Origin: an uncultured Spirochaetota bacterium
GTDB lineage: Bacteria; Spirochaetota; Spirochaetia; SZUA-6; CAVTHK01
Length of the DNA stretch: 64,000 nt
NCBI GenBank assembly: GCA_963734495.1
Contig: CAVTHK010000003.1
Coordinates: 259,660-323,659 of the forward strand
Direction of reading: 5' to 3'
Below the pieces are notes generated by a model. It worked only from the letters and a program-made list of their open reading frames with translations. It had not been told where the DNA came from and did not search any database. Both the position numbers and the translations under genes were made by a program. Shown here in pieces: positions 41,975 to 51,442 of the stretch; the first letter of the stretch is position 1; each line of letters opens with the position of its first letter.

Positions 41975-42533
41975 GCGGGAGGGCCGGCCGCTCGGTCCTG
42001 GTCGTCGGCGTCGGCAACCCCGGCCGGGGCGACGACGGGATCGGGCCCGCCCTGGTCGAGCGCCTGGAGGCGCGACGCCGTGCCCGGGCTCGCGCTGGAG
42101 TCGGCCTTTCAGCTCTCGCTCGAGCACGCGGCCGCGGTCGGCGGAGCATCCGACGGTGCTGTTCGTCGACGCGGCCGTCGGCACCGCTGTCGGCCGCGCG
42201 GCCGTTCGCGCTGCTGCCGATCGCCCCGGGCGACGGCGCCGTCACCGGCATCAGCACGCACGCGATGGCGCCCGCGGACGTGCTGGCGGTCTCGCGGCTC
42301 GCGTTCGGCGCCGGCGCCGGACGCGTGGCTGCTCGCGGTGCGGGGCCGCGACTTTCGCGAACGCGAGGGGCTGAGCGCGCGCGGCCCGCCGCAACCTGGC
42401 GCGGGCCCTCGAGGCCGCCCGGGCGTTCATCGCCTCGGCGCTGGATCGCGGCGCGGACCTCCGGTGCCGGACGAAGCGACGAGACGACGGCCGGCGCAAG
42501 TCCGACAGGGTGCTGGGGAGGAGTGAAAGATGA
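41971..42533 (+). pseudogene. hoxW: hydrogenase maturation endopeptidase HoxW-like; about 5 frame breaks
   Basis: The GTG overlaps the hoxH stop (GTGA). VLVVGVGNPGRGDDGIGPALVERL, TVLFVDAAV, ISTHAMAPADVL, AWLLAVRG. The inferred stop overlaps the next ATG (ATGA at 42530-42533). Confidence 0.6.
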
Positions 42534-42908
42534 CCGATCGGAAGACCATCCTGATCATCGACGATGACGCGGACATCCGGGCCTCCATCCGGATGGTGCT
42601 CGAGGCCGCGGGGTTCTCCGTAGGCGAGGCGGGAAGCGCCGACGAAGGGCGCCAAGATCGCCCCGAGGATCTCGCCCGACGCCATCATCGTCGACCTGAT
42701 GATGGAGAGCGTCGACTCGGGGGTGCAGCTCTCGCAGTCCCTCAAGGAAAGCGGCTACGCCGGCCCCATGTACCTGCTGAGCTCGGCGGGCGACTCCGTG
42801 CGCTTCAACCTGGACCCGCGCGAGCTCGGCCTGGCCGGCATCTTCCAGAAGCCGATCCAGCACGACCTGCTCGTGCGCACCCTCAAGTCGAAGCTGCACG
42901 TCCCGTAG
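42530..42908 (+). pseudogene. stand-alone response-regulator receiver domain (no output domain); one +1 break near 42645
   Basis: GGAGGAG upstream. TILIIDDDADIR, PDAIIVDLMM, FQKP. About 125 aa in total. Confidence 0.7.
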
Positions 42909-42942
42909 GCCGGGCCCGCCGGGTCATCGCGCCCCGCTCGGC

Positions 42943-44448
42943 TCAGGCCTCGGCGCAGGGCAGCGTGACGACGAACGTGCTCCCGCGGTCCGGCGCCGAG
43001 TCCACCGAGATCGTGCCGTTGTACTCGTCGAGCACCCTCCGCACGGTGGCGAGGCCGAGGCCCGTCCCGGGGATGCCCTGCGTCTTCGGGCCGCGAGCCC
43101 TGTAGAAGTCCTGGAAGAGGTTGGACACCTCCTCCTGCGTCATGCCGATGCCCGTGTCCTGCGAAGCGCGATCTCCCAGCCGCCGCCGAGCCGCTCCTGC
43201 CGCTGCGGACCGAGACCGTGAGGCTGCCGCCTTCGCGGTTGTACTTGATGCCGTTGGAGATCAGGTTCATGAAGATGCGGTCGAGGTCGCCGCGGTCGGC
43301 GACGCACGCGCGCCTCGTCGGGCGCCTCGAGGCTCAGGCGCGATCCCGCGCTTTTCCGCCTGCACGCGGAAGAACTCCAGCTGCTCGTCGAGGACCTGCC
43401 GCAGGTCGAGCCCCTGCGCCGACCGCTCGACCTTGCGCGCCTCGCGACTGCGCAGGAACTGCAGGTCCTTCACGAGGTCCAGCAGCGCTTCGGCGCGCGC
43501 CTTGCTCCGCGCCATGATCTCCTTGATCCGCTCGGGCTCCCGTCGAGCGTGCCCGCGAGCACGACGTCGATGTAGCTGACGATCGCGGCCAGCGGGCTGG
43601 TGAGCTCGTGCGCGACCATGGAGACGAAGCGGTTGCGGTCCTGCTCGGCTTCCCACTCGTCGGTGACGTCGCTGCAGCAGCAGGATCAGCCCCGCGGTCT
43701 CCCTCGCCGCGGATGTACGGCGCCGCGTTCAGCTCGAGCCTGCGGCCCCGGAGCTCGAGCCGCAGCCGCCGGAAGCGGCCGGCCGCCGGCCCGCGCGGCG
43801 AGCAGCGTCCTCGACGACGGCCGGTGACCGCGGCGTCGAGGCCGAGCTCCTCGAGGGCCAGGTCCTCGCGGTAGCGGACGCCGAGCAGCGAACTCGGCCC
43901 GCGGGTTCATCAGCACCGGCTTGCGGTTGATGTTGAGCACGATCACCCCTTCGCGCATCGAGTTGATGAGCTGGCGCGAGAGGTTGCGCTCGCTGTTGAG
44001 CGCGGACAGGTAGGTCTCCCGCTCGCCGGATGAGCCGGCACTGCCGCGCCCGCCCGCTCGACGACCTGCAGCAGCTCGTCGGGCGCCGAACGGCTTGACC
44101 AGGAAGTCGAAGGCGCCGTGGCGGGTGACCTCGACCGCGGCCTCGACGGTGGCCAGCGCCGAGACGATGACGACGACCGTCGCGGCCGCTCTCGTTGATG
44201 CGCCTCGGTCACCTCGAAGCCGTCGATCCCGGGCATCTTGAGGTCGACGAGGGCGACGTCGAAGGTCCCGCCCGGCGAGCCGCACCAGCGCCTCGCCGCC
44301 GTCCGCGGCCGCGACGACGGAGTGACCCTGGCGCTCGAGGATGCGGCGCATGCCCTCGCGCATGCCCTCCTCGTCGTCGACGACCAGGATGCTGAGGGCG
44401 CCGCCTCGGAGGACGCTGTCGCGGGGTCGGTCCGACGACCGCGCTCAC
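42943..44448 (-). pseudogene. hybrid sensor protein: receiver domain, PAS-like region, HisKA and HATPase; many frame breaks
   Basis: The GTG at 44448 overlaps the upstream stop (GTGA). LSILVVDDEEGMREGMRRILERQGH, FDVALVDLKMPGIDGFEV, HGAFDFLVKPF, INSMREGVIVLNINRKPVLMNPRA, LVAHELTSPLAAI, NLISNGIKYNREGG, GTGLGLATVRRVLDEYNGTISVDSAP. Confidence 0.65.
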
Positions 44449-46607
44449 GGCGCGGACCTCTCCGCGCCGACGGCCGCGCCGGCGCCGGCGCCGGGTCCCG
44501 CAGCCCGATCTCGAAGCAGGCGCCGCCCTCGGGGCGATTGCCGCCGCGGATCCAGCCGCCGTGCATCTTGACGATCCCGTAGCAGACCGAGAGGCCCAGT
44601 CCCGTGCCCTTGCCGACCGGCTTGGTCGTGTAGAAAGGCGTGAACAGGTGCTCGAGGACGCCTCTCGGGGATGCCCGGCCCCGTGTCGGACACCGAGACG
44701 GTGAACTCCCCGTCGCCCTCCTGCGGTCTCGATCCGGATGCGTCCCGCCCCCGGGCATCGCCTCGATCGCGTTCTTGATGATGTTGTCGAAGACCTGCCG
44801 CAGCTGCGACGAGTCGACGCTGTGAGCCTTCATGCCGTCGTCGAGGTCGAGCTCGACGCGCACCCGTCCCGCGGGGTCGAGGGCGCGGGCACGGCCCGGG
44901 CCGCTTCGCGGACCAGCGCGTTGATGTCGGTCTGCTGACGGTCGATCTTCTTCTCGCGCGCGAAGTTCAGGATGCCCTGCACGATCGAGCGGGCGCGCTC
45001 GGACTCGCGGATGATGCGGTCCGCGTCCGCCGAGCCCCTGCCCGCTCGCCGCCTTCGGCGAGCTCCTCCCGCAGGAGGTGCGCGTACATGAGCACGACGC
45101 CGAGCGGGTTGTTGATCTCGTGGGCGATGCCCGCGGCCATCTGGCCCATGGAGGCGAGCTTCTCGGCCTGGATCAGGCGGCTCTGGTTCTCCTTGAGGTC
45201 CGTGATCGTCGTCCTCGAGCCGCGAGATGAGGTAGGGCAGGCACATCTCGACCTCGGCGATGCCGCGGTAGACGGCCACCGCCTTCTCCCGGCAGGAGTC
45301 GTAGCCGCAGGCGCGGCAGTTCAGCTCGTCCTCGGGGACGCACCTTGCCGGTGCTGGCGAGGATCTTGCGGATGTCCTCCTCGGGCACCGGCGCCTCGCG
45401 GGTCTTGGATCTGCGCGAACGTCTTGGGGAGGTCGAGCGTCGAGGTAGCGGGTGTTGGCGGCCGCCCACTCCTCGATGTCGCTGATCAGCGGGACTGCGC
45501 TTCATGTAGTCGACGATGTACTTCTTGCGCTCGTAGAAGGTGAGGTCGTTGGGCATCGCGGGCCCGCCGATGCACCCTTCGCAGAACAGCAGGTCGAAGA
45601 GCCTGGTCACCACGGGCCGGCGCTTGCGCACGATCCGGCCGAGGACTGGAGCAGCTCCGTGACCCGGGCGCTTCCCTCGACGATCATCACCGGGCTCTCC
45701 AGCAGGTCGTCGTCGATGGCGGCCGCCTTGAGCAGCCCGCCGGTGACCGGGTAGATCTGGCCGAGGTTGGCGTGCGGCGGATCGAAATCGCGCGGCGCCG
45801 CGGCCTGCGGATCGACGCCGAGGTCCGCGAACAGCTCGATCAGCTCCTCGAAGGTGAGCACCTCGTCCACGAGGCCGAGTCCGCCGCGCCTCGTCCTTCT
45901 TCGCGACGCACGGCCCGATGAAGACGATCGGCGGGAGGCTCCGCGCCGGTCGGGCGTGAGGCGCTCGCGGATCACGCGCGGCCATCGCCTCCATCGGCGA
46001 AACGACGTCGCGCGAGGTGCGGCACGAGCTCGGGGCAGATCTTCTCCACGTACGAGACGACCGCGGGGCAGGGCGAGCTGATGACGAAGGCCGGCCGACC
46101 GGCGGCCGGTCTCATCGCGCACGAGCTGCCCGAATCGCCGGCGATACTCGTAGGAGACCAGGTCCGCGCCGAAAGCCACCTCGTAGCACGCGGCTGAACC
46201 CGCAGGCGGCGACCGCGCCGACGAGGCGCTCGGGCTTGACGTCGAGGAAGGCGGCGGGAAAGGAGGGCGCGATCATGGCGCAGCACGGCCTGCCCGGAGC
46301 GCAGGAGGCGCTCGACCTCGGCGACCGACGAGCGGATCTGCTTGGCGCCCTGGGAGCACATCGGGACGCAGTAGCCGCAGGAGATGCACTTGGAGGCGAT
46401 GATCTCGGCCTGGCCGCCGTGCACCTCGATCGCCTTGGTCGGGCAGGTCCGCACGCAGGAGTAGCACTTCCTGCACTTTTCGGCAGCCGTCAGGACCGCG
46501 AGAGAATCACCGGCTGCCTGGCCGTAGCGAGCCCTGCCCGCGGGCCGCTGCGGTCCCGGAAGTGCCTCCATCAGGCCCATGATAGCATGCCCGGCTCCCT
46601 TGTCCAC
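44445..46607 (-). pseudogene. sensory [FeFe]-hydrogenase-like domain fused to a histidine kinase (HydS-type, kinase-linked); many frame breaks
   Basis: - Ferredoxin motifs: CRKCYSCVRTCP and CISCGYCVPMC.
- H-cluster-type motifs: ISSPCPAVV, FIGPCVAKKDEA, LLFCEGCIGGP.
- Extra cluster motif Cx2Cx4Cx16C ([29 protein letters not shown]) at about 45241-45315.
- Kinase part: His[18 protein letters not shown] and HATPase DNIIKNAIEAMPGGG ... GKGTGLGLSVCYGIVKMHGG.
- The start is uncertain (GTG at 46607 or an ATG about 27 nt downstream). Confidence 0.65.
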
Positions 46608-47362
46608 CGCACTGTCCGCCCTGCCCGTCGAACGGATGACCGGTCACCAGCGCCGCCGCCGTGCCGCCGGAGACGAAGACGTCGGCCCGCAGCGGAAGGC
46701 CGCGGTGGAACAGCCTGTGGAAGCCGTCCGGGATCCGCGCGAGCGCGCGGCCATTCGACGCGAGCGCCGCTGCCGCGGCCGAGGCGGGGATCCACTCGCC
46801 CGCGGGAAGCTCGAGCGCCACCTCCCGGCGCTCCGCCTCCGCTCAGGTCGGTGACGCGCAGGCCGCCCGAGAGGATGCTCTCCGCGAGTCGCGCCGTGTC
46901 CAGGTGCCACGGGTCTTCGAGGCGGAGGGCGTCGACGGCCTCCAGGAGGCGGCTCGTGTTCAGCTCCTCGAGGCGGTACCCGGCTGCGGAGAGGCTGAGG
47001 AGGCAGGCTGCCAGGGGCCCCCTCCGCCACGACAGCGCGAGCGGCGAGCTCTCGCCCTCGCAGATGCCCGCCCGCCGGCAGCAGCTCGACGCCCGCGTGC
47101 ACCGGGAACGCGAGCACGGGCGTCGGCGCCGCCGCGGGAGCTCGACGGAGGCGTCCGCGGGCCACGACGGCAGGCGTTCGGCGCGCACGGGACCTCCCGG
47201 CTCGCTCCAGACGATCCGGCAGGCGAGGCCGGGGAACCGCGCCCGCCACGAGTCGGGAGGCTCGGGCAGCAGCAGCCGCTGGGGCCGCGGCGGCAGGTCG
47301 CATGCCAGGCATCCCGCGGCCAGCAGCGCGGCGCAGCCGGCCGCCCGCAGTCGTCGCCTCAT
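46571..47362 (-). pseudogene. hypothetical lipoprotein; about 4 frame breaks, 3-prime end uncertain
   Basis: MRRRLRAAGCAALLAAGCLAC lipobox. The remaining fragments (AAGYRLEELNTSRLLEAVDALRLEDPWHLDTARLAESIL, ELPAGEWIPASAAAAALASNGRALARIPDGFHRLF) match no family I recognise. Confidence 0.35.
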
Positions 47363-47409
47363 GCACGAGACAATGGGGCCGGCGCCCGCGGCGCGTGGCG
47401 TCCCCGGCC

Positions 47410-47942
47410 TCAGCCTGCCGATTCGCGAAGCTGCTCCCTCAGCCGCGCGCGGATGCGCTCGAGCACCGCGAGGGTGCGCGGGCTGCGGTAGTCGGGGTAG
47501 GTCCAGGGCAGGGGCCGGAAGCCGCCCTTCTCATACTTCAATGTGAGCTCGGCATAGATGCCGTCGCGGAGGGGGATGCGGTGGGCGCTTTCCTTGGTCG
47601 TGGCCAGCGAGAAGCGGGCCAGCGTCAGCAGCCCCGGGTCGAGGTTGAAGGTGCGCCGGCCCGATTCCGCGAGCCCGGCCTCGAGCACGTTGGTCTCGAG
47701 CTTGATGGCCGCGAGCGAATCCGGGCTGACGAGCCGCTCGAAGGAGAGGAACCAGCGCGACAAAGGGCTTCCCATTTCCTGATCGTAGTAATCGGTAAAG
47801 GTGAAGGCGTCGGGCTCGCTTTCCACGTCGACCGGGCCGAAGAGGGCCTCGAGCCTCTCTGCGCCGAGCCGCGCCGCTCGGGGCGGCTCGCGATCACCGC
47901 GACGACGAGCTTGGCCGGGGGGAAAGGGCGGGGGATTCCCAT
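47410..47942 (-). pseudogene. DUF4416-family protein; one frame break near 47880
   Basis: MGIPRPFPPAKLVVAVIASRPE, then LGAERLEALFGPVDVESEPDAFTFTDYYDQEMG...FNLDPGLLTLARFSLATTKESAHRIPLRDGIYAELTL...WTYPDYR. Confidence 0.6.
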
Positions 47943-47979
47943 GGCTGTTTGCGAGATTCCCTCCGGGCGGAGGATAGCC

Positions 47980-47985
47980 TATAAT
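47980..47985 (+). promoter_or_regulatory. perfect TATAAT box 9 nt upstream of the ATG at 47995 (candidate leaderless transcript)
   Basis: TATAAT at 47980-47985, then GGTGCGCTG, then ATG. There is no Shine-Dalgarno sequence. Confidence 0.4.
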
Positions 47986-47994
47986 GGTGCGCTG

Positions 47995-49380
47995 ATGGAA
48001 GAAACGGGATCCTGGACGCAGCAGATGCAGACCGCGGTCGAAGGGCTTCGGGCCGAGCTGGAGTCGAGCGACCTGCCGAGGCTCCGCAAGGCGATCGCGG
48101 TCTACAAGACCACCTTCGACAACGTCTATCAGATGCTGGTGCGCAAGTCGCTGATCAAGGCGGACTTGTACGGCTACGACAGCGGTCCCAAGAAGCTGGA
48201 GGCTCCCGCCGACGAGCCCATCCTCGAATCCCAGAAGATAGAGCAGGCGGGCATGCGGCTGGCCGCCTACGGGGCCCAGATCAACCTGCTGGCAACGTCG
48301 CTGCAGCCGACGCTCGACTGGCTCGTCCTCTCCAGGCTGCCGGCGCTGGCCAACCTGGCGCAGTACATCCGGTGGGCGAACCTGACCCAGGGTTCCGACA
48401 GCCCGATCACGCAGGTCGTCGCCGAGTTCATCGATCGGATCAAGGCGCACAGCGACATGATGTCGGGCCGCGTCGCCGCGACGAACGTGGGCCAGCTGGG
48501 CCGGCTCTCCCGGGAGATGGTCCGGACGGTCGAAAGGGTGGCGGTCTATCAGCGCGAGGCCTACAAGTCGATGCTCCGCCGGGATGTGGCGCCGGCGGTC
48601 GGCGCCGAGGGGACCGAGGAGCAGAAGCTTGCGCGGGCCAGGAAGGTCTTCGCGACCGCGCTCAAGGGAAAGGCGTTCTACCCGGAGCTGTTGAAGGAAG
48701 TGCTCGCCGAGGATTCGCCGGCGGGAGGCGAGGCGCGCGCCGCGGCCCTGGCGCGCCTCTCGAGCCTGCTGCAGAACGAAGGGCCGACCCCCTCCTCCAA
48801 CGACAGGGTCAGCCTCATGCAGGCGGTGCGCGCTCTGGCCGCGGCCGCTTCGCCGCTGGCCGACTGCGTCGTCAAGATCGCCGAGATCGACCAGGCGGCG
48901 CGGAAGGAACGGGAGCCGAAGGGGCTGCGGGCGCTCCTGAGGCGCCTCCGGCACGCGAAGCCCGAGACGCCCGCCTACCGGATCGAGTATCTCGACGGCG
49001 CGGTCATGCGCGCGGAGACGATCGCGATCGACGCCTTCCTCGACGAGGTGACCAGGCAGTCGCGGCTGCTGGCCGCCCTCACGAGGCGGGACGGCCCGAC
49101 CGCGGACCGGTTGCGGCGCGCCGGCGACAGGAGCCTGACCGAGTTCCTCGACCGGCAGCTCGCGACGCTGCAGATCATGCACCGCCGGCTCGCGGGTCTC
49201 TCCGACCTGTTCCGCAAGCAGACGCCGGCGGCTCCCGCAGGCGCGTCGGACGCCCCGGTCAAGGGGATCAAGATCGAGCTCACGGTGCTGAGGAACTGCC
49301 TGATCCGATCGAACCGGCTCAGGCACGCCTACGCGGGGGCGCCGGAAGAACGCGACAAGGCGAAGAGCGCCGGCGCCTGA
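47995..49380 (+). CDS. hypothetical protein, 461 aa, largely helical-looking, no family recognised
   Basis: The frame is intact. An alternative ATG at 47941 would overlap the divergent DUF4416 start codon, so 47995 is preferred because of the TATAAT box. Confidence 0.5.
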   Translation: MEETGSWTQQMQTAVEGLRAELESSDLPRLRKAIAVYKTTFDNVYQMLVRKSLIKADLYGYDSGPKKLEAPADEPILESQKIEQAGMRLAAYGAQINLLATSLQPTLDWLVLSRLPALANLAQYIRWANLTQGSDSPITQVVAEFIDRIKAHSDMMSGRVAATNVGQLGRLSREMVRTVERVAVYQREAYKSMLRRDVAPAVGAEGTEEQKLARARKVFATALKGKAFYPELLKEVLAEDSPAGGEARAAALARLSSLLQNEGPTPSSNDRVSLMQAVRALAAAASPLADCVVKIAEIDQAARKEREPKGLRALLRRLRHAKPETPAYRIEYLDGAVMRAETIAIDAFLDEVTRQSRLLAALTRRDGPTADRLRRAGDRSLTEFLDRQLATLQIMHRRLAGLSDLFRKQTPAAPAGASDAPVKGIKIELTVLRNCLIRSNRLRHAYAGAPEERDKAKSAGA

Positions 49381-49404
49381 CCGGGGCTGCCCGCCCGCCG
49401 GCCC

Positions 49405-51294
49405 CTATCCCCCGTACATCCCGAGGATCCGGAAGTCGTCGGTCTCGCCCTTCAGCAGCTCGACGGCCTCGTCGAAGGACTCGCGGGCGGCGGGCATCTC
49501 GACGTCGACGTAGAACATGTACTGCCACGGCTTGCCGAGGATCGGCCGCGACTCGAGCTTCTTCATGTTGATGCCGCGCTCGGCGAGGACCGACAGCACG
49601 CGGTAGAGGCAGCCGGGCCTGTCGGCGGTGTCGAACACGAGCGAGGCCATCGTGACGGGGGCGCCGCGGCCGGCGCCTTCGCGGGCGATGACGAAGAAGC
49701 GGGTGTAGTTGCGCGCGTTGGTCTCGATGCCTTCCTTGAGGATGCTCATCCCGTAGACCGCGGCCGCTTCGGCGCTGGCGATCGCCGCGTTCTCCGGCCG
49801 CGCCTCGCGCGCGATCATGGCGACGGAGCCCGCGGTGTCGTAGTAGGGCACCCTCTCCCAGGCGGCGTACCGGTCGAGGAAGCGCGCGCACTGCGCGAGC
49901 CCCTGCGGGTGCGAATAGACGCGGCGCACGTCATCGATGCGCGCGCCGGGAAGGCCGATCAGGTTGTGCACGATGCGGATCTTGCGCTCGCCGACGATCT
50001 GGATGTCGGGGTACTCGAGCAGCAGGTCGTAGTTCTCGTGGATCGAGCCCGCGAGGGAGTTCTCGATCGGGATGACGCCGTAGCGCGCCTCGCCGCTCAG
50101 CACCGCCTCGAAGACGCCGCGGAACTGCGGGCAGGGCAGGGGCTCGACCGGATCCTGGAACTCCATCTGGATCGCCTTTTCGCTGAACGCCCCCCGCTCC
50201 CCCTGGAAGGCCACCCTGGTCCCGGCCGCGGCCGCCTCCGGCCGCGGCGCCGCGGGCGCGGCTTCCTCCCTCCGCGGCAGCCGCGAGAGCTCCTTGCCGA
50301 GCACGGGCGCCATGGCCTCGATGTCGCGCATGAGCTTCTCGAACTGCTCGGGGTAGATGCTCTGCGGGCCGTCGGAGAGGGCGTGGTCCGGGTCGGGGTG
50401 CACCTCGACCATCACCCCGTCGGCGCCCGCGGCGATCGAGGCGAGCGCCATCGGCGAGACCTTGTCCCGCAGGCCGGTGCCGTGGCTCGGGTCCACGAAG
50501 ATGGGCAGGTGGCTGAGCTTCTTGACGACCGGGATGGCGCTGAGGTCCAGCGTGAAGCGCGTGGCCGTCTCGAACGTGCGGATTCCGCGCTCGCACAGGA
50601 TGACGTGGTCCGCACCGGCCGCGAGCAGGTACTCGGCGGACATCAGCAGGTCTTCGATCGTCGCGGCCAGGCCCCTCTTGAGCATCACGGCCTTGCCGAG
50701 CGCGCCGACGGTCCGCAGCAGGTCGAAGTTCTGCATGTTCCGCGCGCCGATCTGGAAGATGTCGACATAGTCGCGCATGGGCTCGGCCTGGACCGGGGAC
50801 ATGATCTCCGAGATGACAGGCATGCCTGTGGCCTCGCCCGCCTCTTTGAGATAACGGAGCGCCTCCTCGCCGAGCCCCTGGAACGCGTAAGGCGACGTTC
50901 GGGGCTTGAACGCGCCGCCTCGGAGGATCACCGCCCCCGACTCCCGCACCGCGTGCGCGGTTTCCAGGAGCTGCTGCCGGCTCTCGATGGAGCACGGACC
51001 CGCGATGGCGGTGATGCGCGACCCGCCGATCTTGACGGGCCCCACGGGGAAGATCGTGTCCTCCTTCTTGAACTCGCGCGACGCGAACTTGTACGGCTTG
51101 GTGATCGGGATGACGCTGGCGACGCCGGGAAGCAGCTCGACCTCGCGGAGGTCCATCGCCACGACCCCGACCGCGCCGAAGATGGTCTTTTCCTCGCCGA
51201 CGATCTCCTTGACCCGGAAGCCGCGCGACTCGAGCGTCTCGCGGATCGCCTGCTTTTCCGGGTCCGTGATGCCCTGCCTGAGGACGATGACCAT
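49405..51294 (-). CDS. bifunctional 3-deoxy-7-phosphoheptulonate synthase (type I-beta with N-terminal ferredoxin-like domain) / prephenate dehydratase with C-terminal ACT domain
   Basis: Intact 629 aa. DAHPS part: GPCSIES, RGGAFKPRTSPYAFQGLG, DPSHG. After a Pro/Ala linker comes the PDT part: RVAFQGERGAFSE, IPIENSLAGSI, TRFFVI, ESRP. Confidence 0.85.
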   Translation of the reverse strand: MVIVLRQGITDPEKQAIRETLESRGFRVKEIVGEEKTIFGAVGVVAMDLREVELLPGVASVIPITKPYKFASREFKKEDTIFPVGPVKIGGSRITAIAGPCSIESRQQLLETAHAVRESGAVILRGGAFKPRTSPYAFQGLGEEALRYLKEAGEATGMPVISEIMSPVQAEPMRDYVDIFQIGARNMQNFDLLRTVGALGKAVMLKRGLAATIEDLLMSAEYLLAAGADHVILCERGIRTFETATRFTLDLSAIPVVKKLSHLPIFVDPSHGTGLRDKVSPMALASIAAGADGVMVEVHPDPDHALSDGPQSIYPEQFEKLMRDIEAMAPVLGKELSRLPRREEAAPAAPRPEAAAAGTRVAFQGERGAFSEKAIQMEFQDPVEPLPCPQFRGVFEAVLSGEARYGVIPIENSLAGSIHENYDLLLEYPDIQIVGERKIRIVHNLIGLPGARIDDVRRVYSHPQGLAQCARFLDRYAAWERVPYYDTAGSVAMIAREARPENAAIASAEAAAVYGMSILKEGIETNARNYTRFFVIAREGAGRGAPVTMASLVFDTADRPGCLYRVLSVLAERGINMKKLESRPILGKPWQYMFYVDVEMPAARESFDEAVELLKGETDDFRILGMYGG

Positions 51295-51425
51295 GGCGAA
51301 GCCTAGGCAGTCCGCTCCGCCGTTGTCAACACCGCGCGGCGCCCGACGGCCGCGTCGCCCGCGTCGCCCGCGGGCGCGGCGCAGCACGGCGCAGCGCGGC
51401 GCGGTTTCCCCGCGGCGCGAATTGC

Positions 51426-51434
51426 TGGTATAAT
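51426..51434 (+). promoter_or_regulatory. perfect extended -10 promoter TGGTATAAT 8 nt upstream of the GGDEF gene ATG (candidate leaderless transcript)
   Basis: TG at 51426-51427, TATAAT at 51429-51434, ATG at 51443. No Shine-Dalgarno sequence lies in between. Confidence 0.45.
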
Positions 51435-51442
51435 CCATAACA

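Noticed and set aside
37401-42533. Calling the Hox operon a genuinely decayed set of pseudogenes
   Set aside because: The same kind of +1 breaks hits hom, uvrC and purL. All NiFe ligand motifs and the start/stop overlaps are preserved, and the breaks resolve by removing single bases. An assembly artefact is the more economical reading, though it remains unproven.
47943-49326. N-terminal ~460 aa of the 638-aa minus-strand ORF
   Set aside because: Only the last ~180 aa (the DUF4416 part) look real. The remainder is antisense to the intact 461-aa plus-strand gene.
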